Shown: positions 10,316 through 19,398 of the stretch, piece by piece
How the letters are laid out: each line of letters begins with the position of its first letter
Position numbering within the stretch: position 1 is the stretch's first letter
Assembly: GCA_037131955.1 (NCBI GenBank)
Contig: JBAXQC010000002.1
Location: forward strand, 16,689-80,688
Direction of reading: 5' to 3'
Origin: Bacteroidota bacterium
GTDB lineage: Bacteria; Bacteroidota; Bacteroidia; UBA4408
Length of the DNA: 64,000 nt
Program-made: the position numbers and the translations under genes
The notes under the pieces: generated by a model
The model's input: only the letters and a program-made list of their open reading frames with translations
What the model was told of the DNA's origin: nothing
Databases searched by the model: none

Positions 10316-10320
10316 AAATT

Positions 10321-10923
10321 TTATTCTATCTTACAATACATTAATCTTTGATCTTCAATGTATCCTTCGTAAATGTCTCCAACGTTAATTTTTCCTACTC
10401 CTGCAGGCGTACCTGTAAAAATTAAATCTCCTTTGTGTAGTGTTACAAATTTTGAAACATTTTCTATTACAGAAAATATGTCAAATATCATTTCTTTAGA
10501 ATGTGATTGTTGAACAGTGCTTTCGTTTTTTTTTAAACAAAAATTATAATCATCCTTGGCATTTATGTCTATAAAATCACCAATAACGGCAGAGTTATCA
10601 AAGGATTTGGCTCTTTCCCAAGGAAGTCCTTTTTGTTTTAAGTGCGTTTGCAAATCTCTGGCTGTAAAATCAATACCAATTGTAATGGCATCAATAAAAC
10701 TTGGCGCTTCATTTTTGGAAACATTTTTTCCTGATTTACATATTCTATAAACTAATTCTCCCTCATAATGAATATCGTTGCTGAAAGAAGGGCAGGGGAA
10801 TGGCTTGTTACCTGTTAAAAGTGCAGTTTCAGGCTTAAAAAAAAGTACGGGTTCTGATGGTATTTCATTATTTAGCTCTTTTGCATGTTCGGAATAATTT
10901 CTGCCTACACAAATAATTTTCAT
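10321..10923 (-). CDS. fumarylacetoacetate hydrolase (FAH) family protein
   Basis: 200 aa; the sequence MKIICVGRNYSEHAKE...FFKP...GELV...TGTPAGVG is typical of the FAH/HpcE-type hydratase-decarboxylase fold. Confidence 0.8.
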   Translation of the reverse strand: MKIICVGRNYSEHAKELNNEIPSEPVLFFKPETALLTGNKPFPCPSFSNDIHYEGELVYRICKSGKNVSKNEAPSFIDAITIGIDFTARDLQTHLKQKGLPWERAKSFDNSAVIGDFIDINAKDDYNFCLKKNESTVQQSHSKEMIFDIFSVIENVSKFVTLHKGDLIFTGTPAGVGKINVGDIYEGYIEDQRLMYCKIE

Positions 10924-10924
10924 A

Positions 10925-11887
10925 CTAATGATTTGTTTTTTGTTCTATTAAGTATTGGTTTCTGAAAGGTGAATTTCTTGCAATTAGCTCGCCCAAAAAA
11001 CCTCCTAAAAATAACTGTGATCCAATTATCATAGAAGTTAGCGCCAAATAAAATAATGGCTGATCGGTAACATCTCTTGGTTTAACGCTTTGTGTTAGGA
11101 AATATATTTTTTCACCAATTAAATAAAAAGCAATAGCAAATCCCAAAAAGAAAAACAATGAACCTAGTGCACCAAAAAAATGCATAGGTCTTTTTCCAAA
11201 CTTTGAAACAAAACCAATTGAAAACAAATCTAAAAATCCATTTAAAAATCGTTCCAATCCAAATTTAGAATAGCCATATTTTCTTGCCTGATGTTGTACG
11301 GATTTTTCGCCTATTTTATAAAAACCAGCCCACTTTGCAATTACAGGAATGTAGCGGTGCATTTCTCCATAAACCTCTATACTTTTAACTACTTTTTTCT
11401 TGTATGCTTTTAAACCACAATTAAAATCGTGAAGTTCAATTCCACTCATTTTACGTGTTGCCCAATTAAACATTTTGGTGGGTAAAGTTTTGCTTAAGGG
11501 ATCAAATCTTTTTTCTTTCCATCCGCTCACCAAATCAAAGTTATCTTCCACAATCATTTTGTATAAATCTGGAATTTCTTCTGGACTGTCTTGTAAATCG
11601 GCATCCATGGTTATAATTACATTTCCGGAGCACGCTTCAAACCCAACATTAAGAGCTGCTGATTTTCCATAGTTCCTCTGAAACTTTATTCCTTTTGAAG
11701 CAGCATCTGATTGGCAAATTTTTTCGATAATTTTCCATGAATCGTCTTTACTTCCGTCGTCGATAAAAAATATTTCGTGCGAAAAATTATTTTTTTTCAT
11801 TACCTCTTTAATCCAGTTGTGCAATTCTGGCAATGATTCCTCTTCGTTAAAAAGAGGTATTAGAACTGAAATTTGAATGTCATTCAT
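10925..11887 (-). CDS. family 2 glycosyltransferase (polyprenyl-phosphate sugar transferase, GtrB/ArnC-like) with a C-terminal TM anchor
   Basis: N-terminal GT-A fold with VLIPLFNEEESL...FIDDGSKDDS and a DxD motif (MDADLQD), followed by two C-terminal TM helices. Confidence 0.85.
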   Translation of the reverse strand: MNDIQISVLIPLFNEEESLPELHNWIKEVMKKNNFSHEIFFIDDGSKDDSWKIIEKICQSDAASKGIKFQRNYGKSAALNVGFEACSGNVIITMDADLQDSPEEIPDLYKMIVEDNFDLVSGWKEKRFDPLSKTLPTKMFNWATRKMSGIELHDFNCGLKAYKKKVVKSIEVYGEMHRYIPVIAKWAGFYKIGEKSVQHQARKYGYSKFGLERFLNGFLDLFSIGFVSKFGKRPMHFFGALGSLFFFLGFAIAFYLIGEKIYFLTQSVKPRDVTDQPLFYLALTSMIIGSQLFLGGFLGELIARNSPFRNQYLIEQKTNH

Positions 11888-12399
11888 TACTCTTCAAAAA
11901 TATTTTTATCCTTTTTTAGAATTCCGCTTAAAATTAATCCAATGATCACTCCCCAAATTAAATTGTTCCAATACCTGCCCCAAGCAATTTGAGCAGCATT
12001 CATATTTTCTACTCCTTCTATCATTTTATCATACATTTCGCTGCTAATTCTGGATTCTAGCTTATCCATATTTTCCATCGTAATTCTTTTTGTTTCGTTT
12101 ACCAAATCAGGACTTACGAACTGCAAATACATAAATATTAAAATAGCAAACAACGATGAGTAAAAAAAAGTAACAAATAAACTAACTCTAAAACTGGTTC
12201 CAAAATTTATATAACCTGCATTTTCTTTGTCTCTAAAAGTTCTAATCCCTATGTAAATAAAAAAGATTGGAATTATTGCTGTAAAAATATTCCATCCGTT
12301 AAAAGGATTTAAACCTAGTAGGGTAAACAAAATAAATAGACCAAAACATGCAAGTCCCGCAATGCTTCCGTAGTTGGCTGAGAATTTTATAATATTCAT
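11887..12399 (-). CDS. DUF4199-like small integral membrane protein
   Basis: 170 aa with 4 TM segments. It overlaps the GT2 start by 1 nt. Such membrane proteins are commonly found paired with GT2 genes in Bacteroidetes. Confidence 0.55.
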   Translation of the reverse strand: MNIIKFSANYGSIAGLACFGLFILFTLLGLNPFNGWNIFTAIIPIFFIYIGIRTFRDKENAGYINFGTSFRVSLFVTFFYSSLFAILIFMYLQFVSPDLVNETKRITMENMDKLESRISSEMYDKMIEGVENMNAAQIAWGRYWNNLIWGVIIGLILSGILKKDKNIFEE

Positions 12400-12457
12400 T
12401 TTTGTAATAAAAAACTATTGGTTTCAAAAGTATGTTTTTTCAAATGATTTATTATAG

Positions 12458-12488
12458 TTTGATAATACAAAAATTGTAAATACATTTG
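12458..12488 (+). promoter_or_regulatory. Bacteroidetes sigma-A type promoter (-33 TTTG, 19-nt spacer, -7 TAcaTTTG) for the SRP RNA
   Basis: TTTG at 12458-12461 and TACATTTG at 12481-12488 match the -33 TTTG / -7 TAnnTTTG consensus. The predicted transcription start falls at about 12493-12496, where the RNA 5' helix begins. Confidence 0.45.
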
Positions 12489-12598
12489 CCGTGGGTAAGT
12501 CTTTTACGACCAGCTCCTTTTGAAACTCCCCAGGACGGGAACGTAGCAAGGATAAAAGGTTGAGCGGTGCGATAAAAGTAGCTTACCCTTTTTTTTGT
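12488..12598 (+). ncRNA. ffs: signal recognition particle RNA (small/4.5S type)
   Basis: A ~105-nt hairpin. The 5' GGGUAAG...CUUUUA pairs with the 3' UAAAAG...CUUACCC, and a U8 run follows. The apical region reads CCAGG-ACG-GGAA-CGU-AGCA-AGG: a GNRA tetraloop GGAA closed by ACG:CGU and flanked by the CAGG and AGCA symmetric-loop motifs of SRP RNA domain IV (compare E. coli CAGG-UCC-GGAA-GGA-AGCAGCCAAGG). The 60-aa ORF that the track places here on the - strand is rejected. Confidence 0.65.
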
Positions 12599-12616
12599 AC
12601 AAAATCTCCTATAAAT

Positions 12617-12651
12617 AAAAAAAGCCTCCAACAATGGAGGCTTTTTCTTTT
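12617..12651. terminator. bidirectional rho-independent terminator
   Basis: A7-GCCTCCA-acaa-TGGAGGC-T5CT4: a 7-bp GC-rich stem flanked by an A-run and a T-run. It serves the + strand ffs and the convergent - strand gene that ends at 12668. Confidence 0.6.
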
Positions 12652-12667
12652 GATTGAACTTAAAAAA

Positions 12668-13675
12668 CTAGTTTTTGATGATCTTATTAATTGTGGCTAT
12701 TGAACTTACTCTGTTTTGAATTCTAACAAAATAAGCACCTCTACTTAAACTTTCTAGTGAAAGATTTTCATTCTTATTGTTTACTTCTTTGCTAATAACA
12801 ACTTTACCGGTTAGGTCAAGAACTTGAACAATATTTACACCTTCTGGTAAATTGATTAATGATATAATTTCGTTAGCAGGATTTGGAAACAATTCTAAAG
12901 ATTTGCTATTGATGGTCACAGCAGAAGTTGTGTTTGAAAAGGGAACAACAGTTCCATTAACTAGTGCAGCAAACAATCCAAAAGATTCTCCGTTTTGGTT
13001 AGCAGATGGATTTAAAAATCCTGAGGCAAAAACTACTGCAGTTTGATTTGCTAAACCAGAAAGAGGTGCGATAAAGGAGGCAACAACTGTATTGTTATCT
13101 GACCCAGGCGTGATGTCTAAATTGTAATTTGCAGGAGGCACTGAAATATAATTTGTTAGGTCATTAAACGTTGCATTATCAACAAGTGGTCCGCCATTAG
13201 CTAAAACATCTACAGTTGGTGCATCTGTAGCTCCATGAAATACTCTAAACTGAGTTTCGCCTGTTACAGTAGAAGCTTCTCTCATTCCGTTTGATAAAAA
13301 AAGACTAAATGCTGTAGAGACAGCGTTGGGGTTGATCGAAAAACTTGCAGGCGCTAAAACACCTTTTGCAATTGCAACATATTTTTCACCTGAGTTTAAA
13401 GTTACAGGAAATGTTGCCAAAGCTTCGGCTACCGAACTACTTGTTCCCGGGGCAACTGCTACGGAAAGTGGAATACCTGCAGGAACATCTTGGAAAGCTG
13501 TGGCAGTTCTAAAGGCAAAATCGTTTAGGAAAATTGTGCCGTTTACATAAATATCAACAACCGCAGCACTTGGGTCGGCGGAATTGTGAATTACTTGAAG
13601 CCTAGCAAATTGAAATTGAGCGTTGGCGAACAATGTTGTTGCAAAAAATGCAATAGTTAGTAATTTTTTTTTCAT
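12668..13675 (-). CDS. DUF4397-like repeat protein with a T9SS C-terminal sorting domain
   Basis: Signal peptide; repeated QVIHNSADP...VDIYVNG-type modules; C-terminal ~80 aa LELFPNPANEII...GKVV...AYFVRIQ, which is typical of a T9SS type-A C-terminal domain. Confidence 0.65.
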   Translation of the reverse strand: MKKKLLTIAFFATTLFANAQFQFARLQVIHNSADPSAAVVDIYVNGTIFLNDFAFRTATAFQDVPAGIPLSVAVAPGTSSSVAEALATFPVTLNSGEKYVAIAKGVLAPASFSINPNAVSTAFSLFLSNGMREASTVTGETQFRVFHGATDAPTVDVLANGGPLVDNATFNDLTNYISVPPANYNLDITPGSDNNTVVASFIAPLSGLANQTAVVFASGFLNPSANQNGESFGLFAALVNGTVVPFSNTTSAVTINSKSLELFPNPANEIISLINLPEGVNIVQVLDLTGKVVISKEVNNKNENLSLESLSRGAYFVRIQNRVSSIATINKIIKN

Positions 13676-13782
13676 AGTTTAAAATAAAAAGTTAAAAATT
13701 ATATAATAGGTTTACTATTAGTCGCAAACGAATTAAATGAAGAAAAGTTTACAGGCTTTGTTTATTATTTGGTGAATAAATG

Positions 13783-14526
13783 TTAAACAAAAAGTAAACT
13801 GAACAACATTCCCAACAGTATAACTCCAAATTTTTGGAGATTAAATCTATGGCTTTCAGAGGTTTCAAATAAAATGGTAGTGGAAATATGAAGAAAAATA
13901 CCAACAACTATACTCAATAAATAGGTGTGTATTTGCGGAGATATTCCAGAAAGGTATTCATTAAAAAAATAACTTAAACCTAATCCTAATGGCGTAAATA
14001 GTGCAAAAACAAATAACATTAACCATATCTTATTTTGTTTAATCCCACATTCTTGCAGCACTTGCACTAAGGTTAAGGAAATAGGAATATTATGAACTGA
14101 AATTCCAAATAGCATAGCCAAAATAACTTCAGGTTCACCAGTAGAAGAAAATTTTAAAATTGGTAAGCCTTCAAGCAAGGCATGAGTGCACAAGCCTAAC
14201 ATTAAACCAAGTGGAATATTATTTTTATGATTATGGTGATGCTGATCTGAGTGCAAATGTTGGTGTCCGTGTTCAATTCCTTCTGAAAAAAACTCCAAAA
14301 CCAACTGAAACATAAATCCTACGATGATAAAAATTCCTGAGTAAGAGCTTTTATGTTCAAAAATTTCTGGCAATAAGGATAAAATAGCTATTCCAAACAA
14401 GTAGGCACCAGTAAAGGCAAGTAATAACTTTTGCTGGAGTATTTTTCCTGGTTTAATAAATAAGGATAAGTATCCACTTAATACAGTAATTACAAACAGA
14501 AAAACAGAAGCTAAGAATGGATTCAT
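13783..14526 (-). CDS. ZIP family metal (zinc/iron) transporter
   Basis: 8 TM helices with a His-rich cytoplasmic loop (HGHQHLHSDQHHHNHKN) and conserved HN/HE motifs in TM4-5. Confidence 0.8.
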   Translation of the reverse strand: MNPFLASVFLFVITVLSGYLSLFIKPGKILQQKLLLAFTGAYLFGIAILSLLPEIFEHKSSYSGIFIIVGFMFQLVLEFFSEGIEHGHQHLHSDQHHHNHKNNIPLGLMLGLCTHALLEGLPILKFSSTGEPEVILAMLFGISVHNIPISLTLVQVLQECGIKQNKIWLMLFVFALFTPLGLGLSYFFNEYLSGISPQIHTYLLSIVVGIFLHISTTILFETSESHRFNLQKFGVILLGMLFSLLFV

Positions 14527-14528
14527 GA

Positions 14529-15281
14529 TTAACTTTTGGAAGCAGGTTTTTGAGCAATAACAATTAATCGCTCCGAACTGTTAGTGTAATCACTTAATTC
14601 ATAATTACCTTTTATTGCATTAATTTCAAATCCAACATTTTGCAGCCAATCGATAATTTCATCTTTTTTAATTAATTGAACTTTTTCCTGAAAGTTTAGA
14701 ACCTTTCCATTGTCATTAATTTTAATGTCTTTGATGATAAAATTATTTTCTATTTTTTTTTGGATAGCAAATTCAACATTCTCTTTTTTTATAATTTCGG
14801 GCGTGGTGTTCTCTTTGTAATTTGCAACTACACAATTTGAATTTAAAAAATCGAACAAAAAATATCCACCTGGCTTTAAGGCATTAAAAAAATTACTTAG
14901 GCAAGCAATGTTGTCTACTTGTTTTTGAAAGTAGCCAAAACTTGTAAATAAATTAAAAACAGAATCAAAGTAATTAATTCTAAAGGGCAATCTTATGTCG
15001 TGTTCAAAGAAAGAAAGAGAATCGTTTTCAAATTTGCTCGCCTCATTTATGCTTTTTGCAGATAAGTCTATGCCTGTAACATTATAGCCTTGTGAGTTTA
15101 AATAAATAGAATGTCGGCCTTTGCCACAAGCAGCATCCAAAATTTTACCCATTTTTTTTAAATGAATAAAATCTAACAAATTATTTATAAAAAACTTAGC
15201 TTCAGATTCGTTTCGGTGATTATATAATAGATGATAATAATGAGTATTAAACCAATCTTCAAACCAATCTTTTTTGTTCAT
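14529..15281 (-). CDS. class I SAM-dependent methyltransferase
   Basis: Motif I ILDAACGKGRHS and a post-I acidic residue (TGIDLS). It stops 2 nt before the ZIP transporter start. Confidence 0.8.
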   Translation of the reverse strand: MNKKDWFEDWFNTHYYHLLYNHRNESEAKFFINNLLDFIHLKKMGKILDAACGKGRHSIYLNSQGYNVTGIDLSAKSINEASKFENDSLSFFEHDIRLPFRINYFDSVFNLFTSFGYFQKQVDNIACLSNFFNALKPGGYFLFDFLNSNCVVANYKENTTPEIIKKENVEFAIQKKIENNFIIKDIKINDNGKVLNFQEKVQLIKKDEIIDWLQNVGFEINAIKGNYELSDYTNSSERLIVIAQKPASKS

Positions 15282-15449
15282 AATATTTCTGCGAAATTAC
15301 CACAATATTTTTTTTTAGAGTTTTATTTTCTCTTTTTTGTGTAAGATAAAACACAATAAGATTAAAAATGCTTTATATAGCTGCAAATGAGAATACTATT
15401 TTTTATCTATACGTTTAAACCTTGTTTAAAAATATAAGTCATAAAAGAG

Positions 15450-15998
15450 ATGCAAGAACAAACCGACGAACAACTTCTAGAAATGTTTAAAAACCAAGAC
15501 TCTAAAAGTTTTGCTTTTAACCTTTTGATGAAGAAGTATCAAAAACGAGTTTATTCTCATATACGAAGAATTGTAATCGACCACGACGATACCGATGACA
15601 TTCTTCAAAATACATTTATAAAAGTTTGGTCGCACCTAGATAATTTTAAAGGCGATTCCCAAATTTTTACTTGGATTTATAGAATAGCAACCAACGAAAG
15701 CATTACTTTTTTAAATAAGAAAAAGAGAATATTTTTTCTTCCTATCGTTGACGTAGAGAGCAAAATGAGCAGTAAACTAGAGAGTGATCCTTATTTTACG
15801 GGAGACGCAATACAGCTAAAGCTGCAAAAGGCAATATTAAAACTTCCCGAAAAACAAAGAATTGTGTTTAATATGAAGTACTACGACGAACTAAAATACG
15901 AAGAAATGAGTGCAGTTTTAGATACTTCTGTGGGTGCTTTAAAGGCATCCTATCATCATGCAGTAAAAAAAATTGAAGAATATTTATTGAACCATTAA
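15450..15998 (+). CDS. RNA polymerase ECF-type sigma-70 factor
   Basis: 182 aa with region 2 (YQKRVYSHIRRIV...DDILQNTFIKVW) and a region 4 helix-turn-helix (YYDELKYEEMSAVLDTSVGALKASYHHAVKKI). Confidence 0.9.
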   Translation: MQEQTDEQLLEMFKNQDSKSFAFNLLMKKYQKRVYSHIRRIVIDHDDTDDILQNTFIKVWSHLDNFKGDSQIFTWIYRIATNESITFLNKKKRIFFLPIVDVESKMSSKLESDPYFTGDAIQLKLQKAILKLPEKQRIVFNMKYYDELKYEEMSAVLDTSVGALKASYHHAVKKIEEYLLNH

Positions 15999-16030
15999 AC
16001 TATCAAAGAAAAAAAGAGTCAAAACTTCGA

Positions 16031-16804
16031 ATGAAAAATAAAAACTTAAATATTGAAAATGAAAACCAGCAGTTAAGAGCAATTGCTCCGGTTCTTTTTT
16101 CTATATCAAAGAAAGATGTTTTTTATGTTCACGACAACTATTTTACAGAACTTGACAACAAAGTTGAATTGATGTGTTTAATTAAAAAAATAGATTCGTT
16201 TGAAGTTCCCGAAGGGTATTTTACTATCTTAAATACTGCAATAAATGAGTTGACTTTACAATCAAAAGCAGAAAATTTTTCTGTGCCTGAAAATTATTTC
16301 CAGAATTTTCCACAGAAAGTGCAAGAGTTGATTCAACCCTCAGCTAAGGGTGTATTTGATTCGCCACAGAATTATTTTGAGAACTTGCCTCGATTAGTTC
16401 AGCAAAGAATTTATGAGCAAAACAATAAACCAAGATTTTCTTTTCCTGCTCCTGCAAAATACAGTTTGGCTTTTGCAACTGCCTGTGTTTTTTTGTTTGT
16501 TTTTATAAGAGGTTTTTATTTTGAAGAAAAAAAATCTAAATCAATTCCAACAATAGTGGCCAATAAATCAGAAACAAAAGAAAATGTAGAGCCAATAAAT
16601 ATAGAAGTCAAAGAATCGGCTAAACAAATAATTGAAAGTGAAAACTCTCAAGAAGAGTTACACTACGTTTTAGATGAAATAAACAACGAGGATTTAGAAA
16701 ATGCAATTGCCGCTCAACCTAAAGTAAATATTGAGCAAGATGAGTTGTATAATTATTTACTAGAAAGTGGTATTGACGAAACTGCAATAACTGATGCTAT
16801 TTAA
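16031..16804 (+). CDS. putative anti-sigma factor (single-pass membrane protein with three degenerate ~20-aa repeats)
   Basis: 257 aa, immediately downstream of the ECF sigma gene, with one TM helix (YSLAFATACVFLFVFI). Three repeats carry the P(E/Q)(G/N)YF motif: FEVPEGYFTILNTAINEL, FSVPENYFQNFPQKVQEL and DSPQNYFENLPRLVQQRI. Confidence 0.5.
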   Translation: MKNKNLNIENENQQLRAIAPVLFSISKKDVFYVHDNYFTELDNKVELMCLIKKIDSFEVPEGYFTILNTAINELTLQSKAENFSVPENYFQNFPQKVQELIQPSAKGVFDSPQNYFENLPRLVQQRIYEQNNKPRFSFPAPAKYSLAFATACVFLFVFIRGFYFEEKKSKSIPTIVANKSETKENVEPINIEVKESAKQIIESENSQEELHYVLDEINNEDLENAIAAQPKVNIEQDELYNYLLESGIDETAITDAI

Positions 16805-17255
16805 AAAAATTAAAATGTGGTATAACTATAAAATATGGTGGGTGCTAATTTTAACAGGATTTTATTCTGTTGCAGCTTTATCCCAAAATAATGATAAAAA
16901 AGAAAAGATAGAGTCTTTTAAAGTGGCCTTTATTACACAAAAATTAAATTTAACTACCAAAGAAGCACAACTCTTTTGGCCAGTTTATAATGAGTATTTA
17001 GATAAAATAGAAGCTTTAAAAAATGCAAGAAAGAAGGAATTACGCTCAGCAAATATTAATATAGACACTTATTCCGATAAAGATTTAGAATTGATGTTAG
17101 ACAATGAATTTTTATCCAAAGAAAAGGAAGTGGAACTGGGGAAAGAGTATTTCAATAAATTCAAAAGTGTTATTCCGGTAAAAAAAGTAATATTGCTCTA
17201 CAAAGCCGAAGATGAATTTAAGAGAGAATTATTGCGTCAAATTTCAGGTAAGTAA
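16794..17255 (+). CDS. putative periplasmic protein (Spy/CpxP/LTXXQ-like helical protein)
   Basis: 153 aa with a signal peptide; helical, K/E-rich, with LNLTTKEAQLFWPVYNEY. It overlaps the upstream gene by 11 nt. The real start could be the ATG at 16815. Confidence 0.45.
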   Translation: MLFKKIKMWYNYKIWWVLILTGFYSVAALSQNNDKKEKIESFKVAFITQKLNLTTKEAQLFWPVYNEYLDKIEALKNARKKELRSANINIDTYSDKDLELMLDNEFLSKEKEVELGKEYFNKFKSVIPVKKVILLYKAEDEFKRELLRQISGK

Positions 17256-17258
17256 AAC

Positions 17259-18419
17259 ATGACTAAAAAAAAATATTACTTCTATATTCTTTCTTTAATC
17301 TGTGCGAATTGTGTTAATGTGTTTTCACAAGAAGTTCAAAAGGACGAGCCCAAACATTATATAAAACCCACCTTTTATCTCAATAGACTTGTTACTGGAA
17401 AAAGAACTTTTAAAACCAACAAAAATGAAAATTACTCATTTGCTCAAAGTAATTTTGGTTTTTATTTTCCCATATACACCAATACTAAGCCAAATGTTGG
17501 CGATAAAATAGGCAGTGTATTTCAAATTATTGGCACCGGAAATGTTTCTAGGGCAACACCAAAATTTAGTTTTGTATCAAGCAAACACACACTAGTACGA
17601 ACAAATTTTGGATTAAGTGCAATACTCAATACGGGAACAAAAAATGTATTTTTTGCCAATTTATTACCCTTTATTGCAGAGGATCGTTCGTCTCTTCAAT
17701 ACAAGCCAAGTGTAAGGCTCACTTATATGTTTATTTACAATAGAACGGTAAGCGAACGATTTAGTTATCGTATAGGTTATGCAAAAACATATTTGCTTTC
17801 GGGCAGGCCAAGACAGCCAATTATAGGTTTTAGAATTGGTAAGTTTGATAGGTTCCACTTTAATTTTCAATATCCAAGATTTATTTCATTCGATTGGCCC
17901 TTGGACGAACACATTACAATTAGCTTTTTCAACAAAGCTATTGGTGGAATTTACGGAATGAGAAACGTTGAGTTTAGGGGCGATACATATAATTCTATAC
18001 TGTTTAAAAGACAAGAGAAACTTACAGGAGTTGAGTGGGATTACAAATCAGGTAATCTATTTTCATTTTTCTTTTCGGCAGGTTTTGTTGGAAATAACAG
18101 CATAATTTTAAACGAGGTAAATTCAAGAAAAGTTAATAGTTATTTATTAGATGTAATTAGATCTAACTTTATTGCAGCACGATTAGAACCTTCACTTTTT
18201 ATTAATTTAGGGGTGCAATTTAGTTTTGGAAAAGCTAAAAAAATATATAACAATTTATCTATGTACGATGCCATAGACTTAAACACAAATTTTGGAAGTG
18301 GCGATAACAACGATGCTATGAAATCTGCACCTATACCATACATTCCTTCGCAATTAAAGCTTAAAGCAATACAGTTAAAAGACGTAGAGGATTTGTTTGA
18401 GCTGGAGGATATAAATTAG
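17259..18419 (+). CDS. hypothetical outer-membrane (beta-barrel-like) protein
   Basis: 386 aa with a signal peptide and alternating hydrophobic beta-strand patterns rich in aromatic residues. It is the fourth gene of the sigma module. Confidence 0.45.
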   Translation: MTKKKYYFYILSLICANCVNVFSQEVQKDEPKHYIKPTFYLNRLVTGKRTFKTNKNENYSFAQSNFGFYFPIYTNTKPNVGDKIGSVFQIIGTGNVSRATPKFSFVSSKHTLVRTNFGLSAILNTGTKNVFFANLLPFIAEDRSSLQYKPSVRLTYMFIYNRTVSERFSYRIGYAKTYLLSGRPRQPIIGFRIGKFDRFHFNFQYPRFISFDWPLDEHITISFFNKAIGGIYGMRNVEFRGDTYNSILFKRQEKLTGVEWDYKSGNLFSFFFSAGFVGNNSIILNEVNSRKVNSYLLDVIRSNFIAARLEPSLFINLGVQFSFGKAKKIYNNLSMYDAIDLNTNFGSGDNNDAMKSAPIPYIPSQLKLKAIQLKDVEDLFELEDIN

Positions 18420-18431
18420 TGTTACACCAAA

Positions 18432-19394
18432 TTATTTGAAATTAATTTCGGTGGCACCGTAACCAAATTTATTATAGTCTGCATCTTTGTGTTTTGCAAA
18501 ACTGTAATCTTTTAATTTTTCTAAAATGTTATCTTTTAATACACCTTTTCCTACTCCGTGAATTATTATTAGTTTTTTGTATCCTTGAGAGAATGCAGTG
18601 GAAACATGTTTTTCAAATGCAATTAATTGAAAATTTAATTTCTCGCCAGCACTCATTCTGCTTGAGTTTTCTGTAAGTGCTTCAATGTGTAGATCAACTA
18701 TTAATTCCTCTTTATAACCTGTTGTGGGAAGTTTAACAGTTTTGTTTTTAGATTGTGATTCTTCATTTATGTTGAGAAGATTTTTTTGGAGTAAATTATC
18801 GTTAATTACTTTTTCGTTTAGCAACATAATAAAAAATCCTGCCGTTGCAATTGAATGGTGATAGTTAGGCATTTCGTCTCCCAGCAAAATAGAATTGCCA
18901 ATTTTTATAGTATCTTCTATTAATACAAAAACATCGCTGGATTTTTCGGGAACCGGAAGAAGTTGAATTTTTATACTTTTTAAATCATTAAAGTTTTCTA
19001 TCTCAAAAGAATCTGAATTTGATGTTGCTTTAATTTGATTAAAAAATAATCTTTTGTTGTTGTTCTTTTCAGAAAAAAATAATGCAACTAAAAAATCGTA
19101 GCCACAATTATTAATGAGTTTAATTTTTTTTGTTCTGTTATTTTCTTCCTTTTCCGGAATAAATAAATACAAGGCTTTATCTAAGTTTATTGCTGTGTAA
19201 TCTTTTTCTGGTGCAAAAACTTTTTGTGGTTCTTTTTCGCTAAAAATTTTTACAATTTTATTTACAGGTGTGGGCCAATCAAAGCCAGATTCATCCTCTA
19301 CGATAGCTTCATTTCCTCTAAAAGATTTTATAATTCCTTCGCCTTTAGATTCTAGAAACCTAACACGTTCGCCAATGTAAAAATGTGTGCTCAT
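18432..19394 (-). CDS. Smr/MutS2-family C-terminal domain protein (DUF2027-like N-terminus)
   Basis: C-terminal Smr-like motif LIIIHGVGKGVLKD preceded by EELIVDLHIE, which resembles the DLHG motif. Confidence 0.7.
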   Translation of the reverse strand: MSTHFYIGERVRFLESKGEGIIKSFRGNEAIVEDESGFDWPTPVNKIVKIFSEKEPQKVFAPEKDYTAINLDKALYLFIPEKEENNRTKKIKLINNCGYDFLVALFFSEKNNNKRLFFNQIKATSNSDSFEIENFNDLKSIKIQLLPVPEKSSDVFVLIEDTIKIGNSILLGDEMPNYHHSIATAGFFIMLLNEKVINDNLLQKNLLNINEESQSKNKTVKLPTTGYKEELIVDLHIEALTENSSRMSAGEKLNFQLIAFEKHVSTAFSQGYKKLIIIHGVGKGVLKDNILEKLKDYSFAKHKDADYNKFGYGATEINFK

Positions 19395-19398
19395 TATT

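Noticed and set aside
12452-12634. 60-aa - strand ORF
   Set aside because: The region is better explained as the SRP RNA plus its terminator. The ORF has no RBS context and an odd composition.
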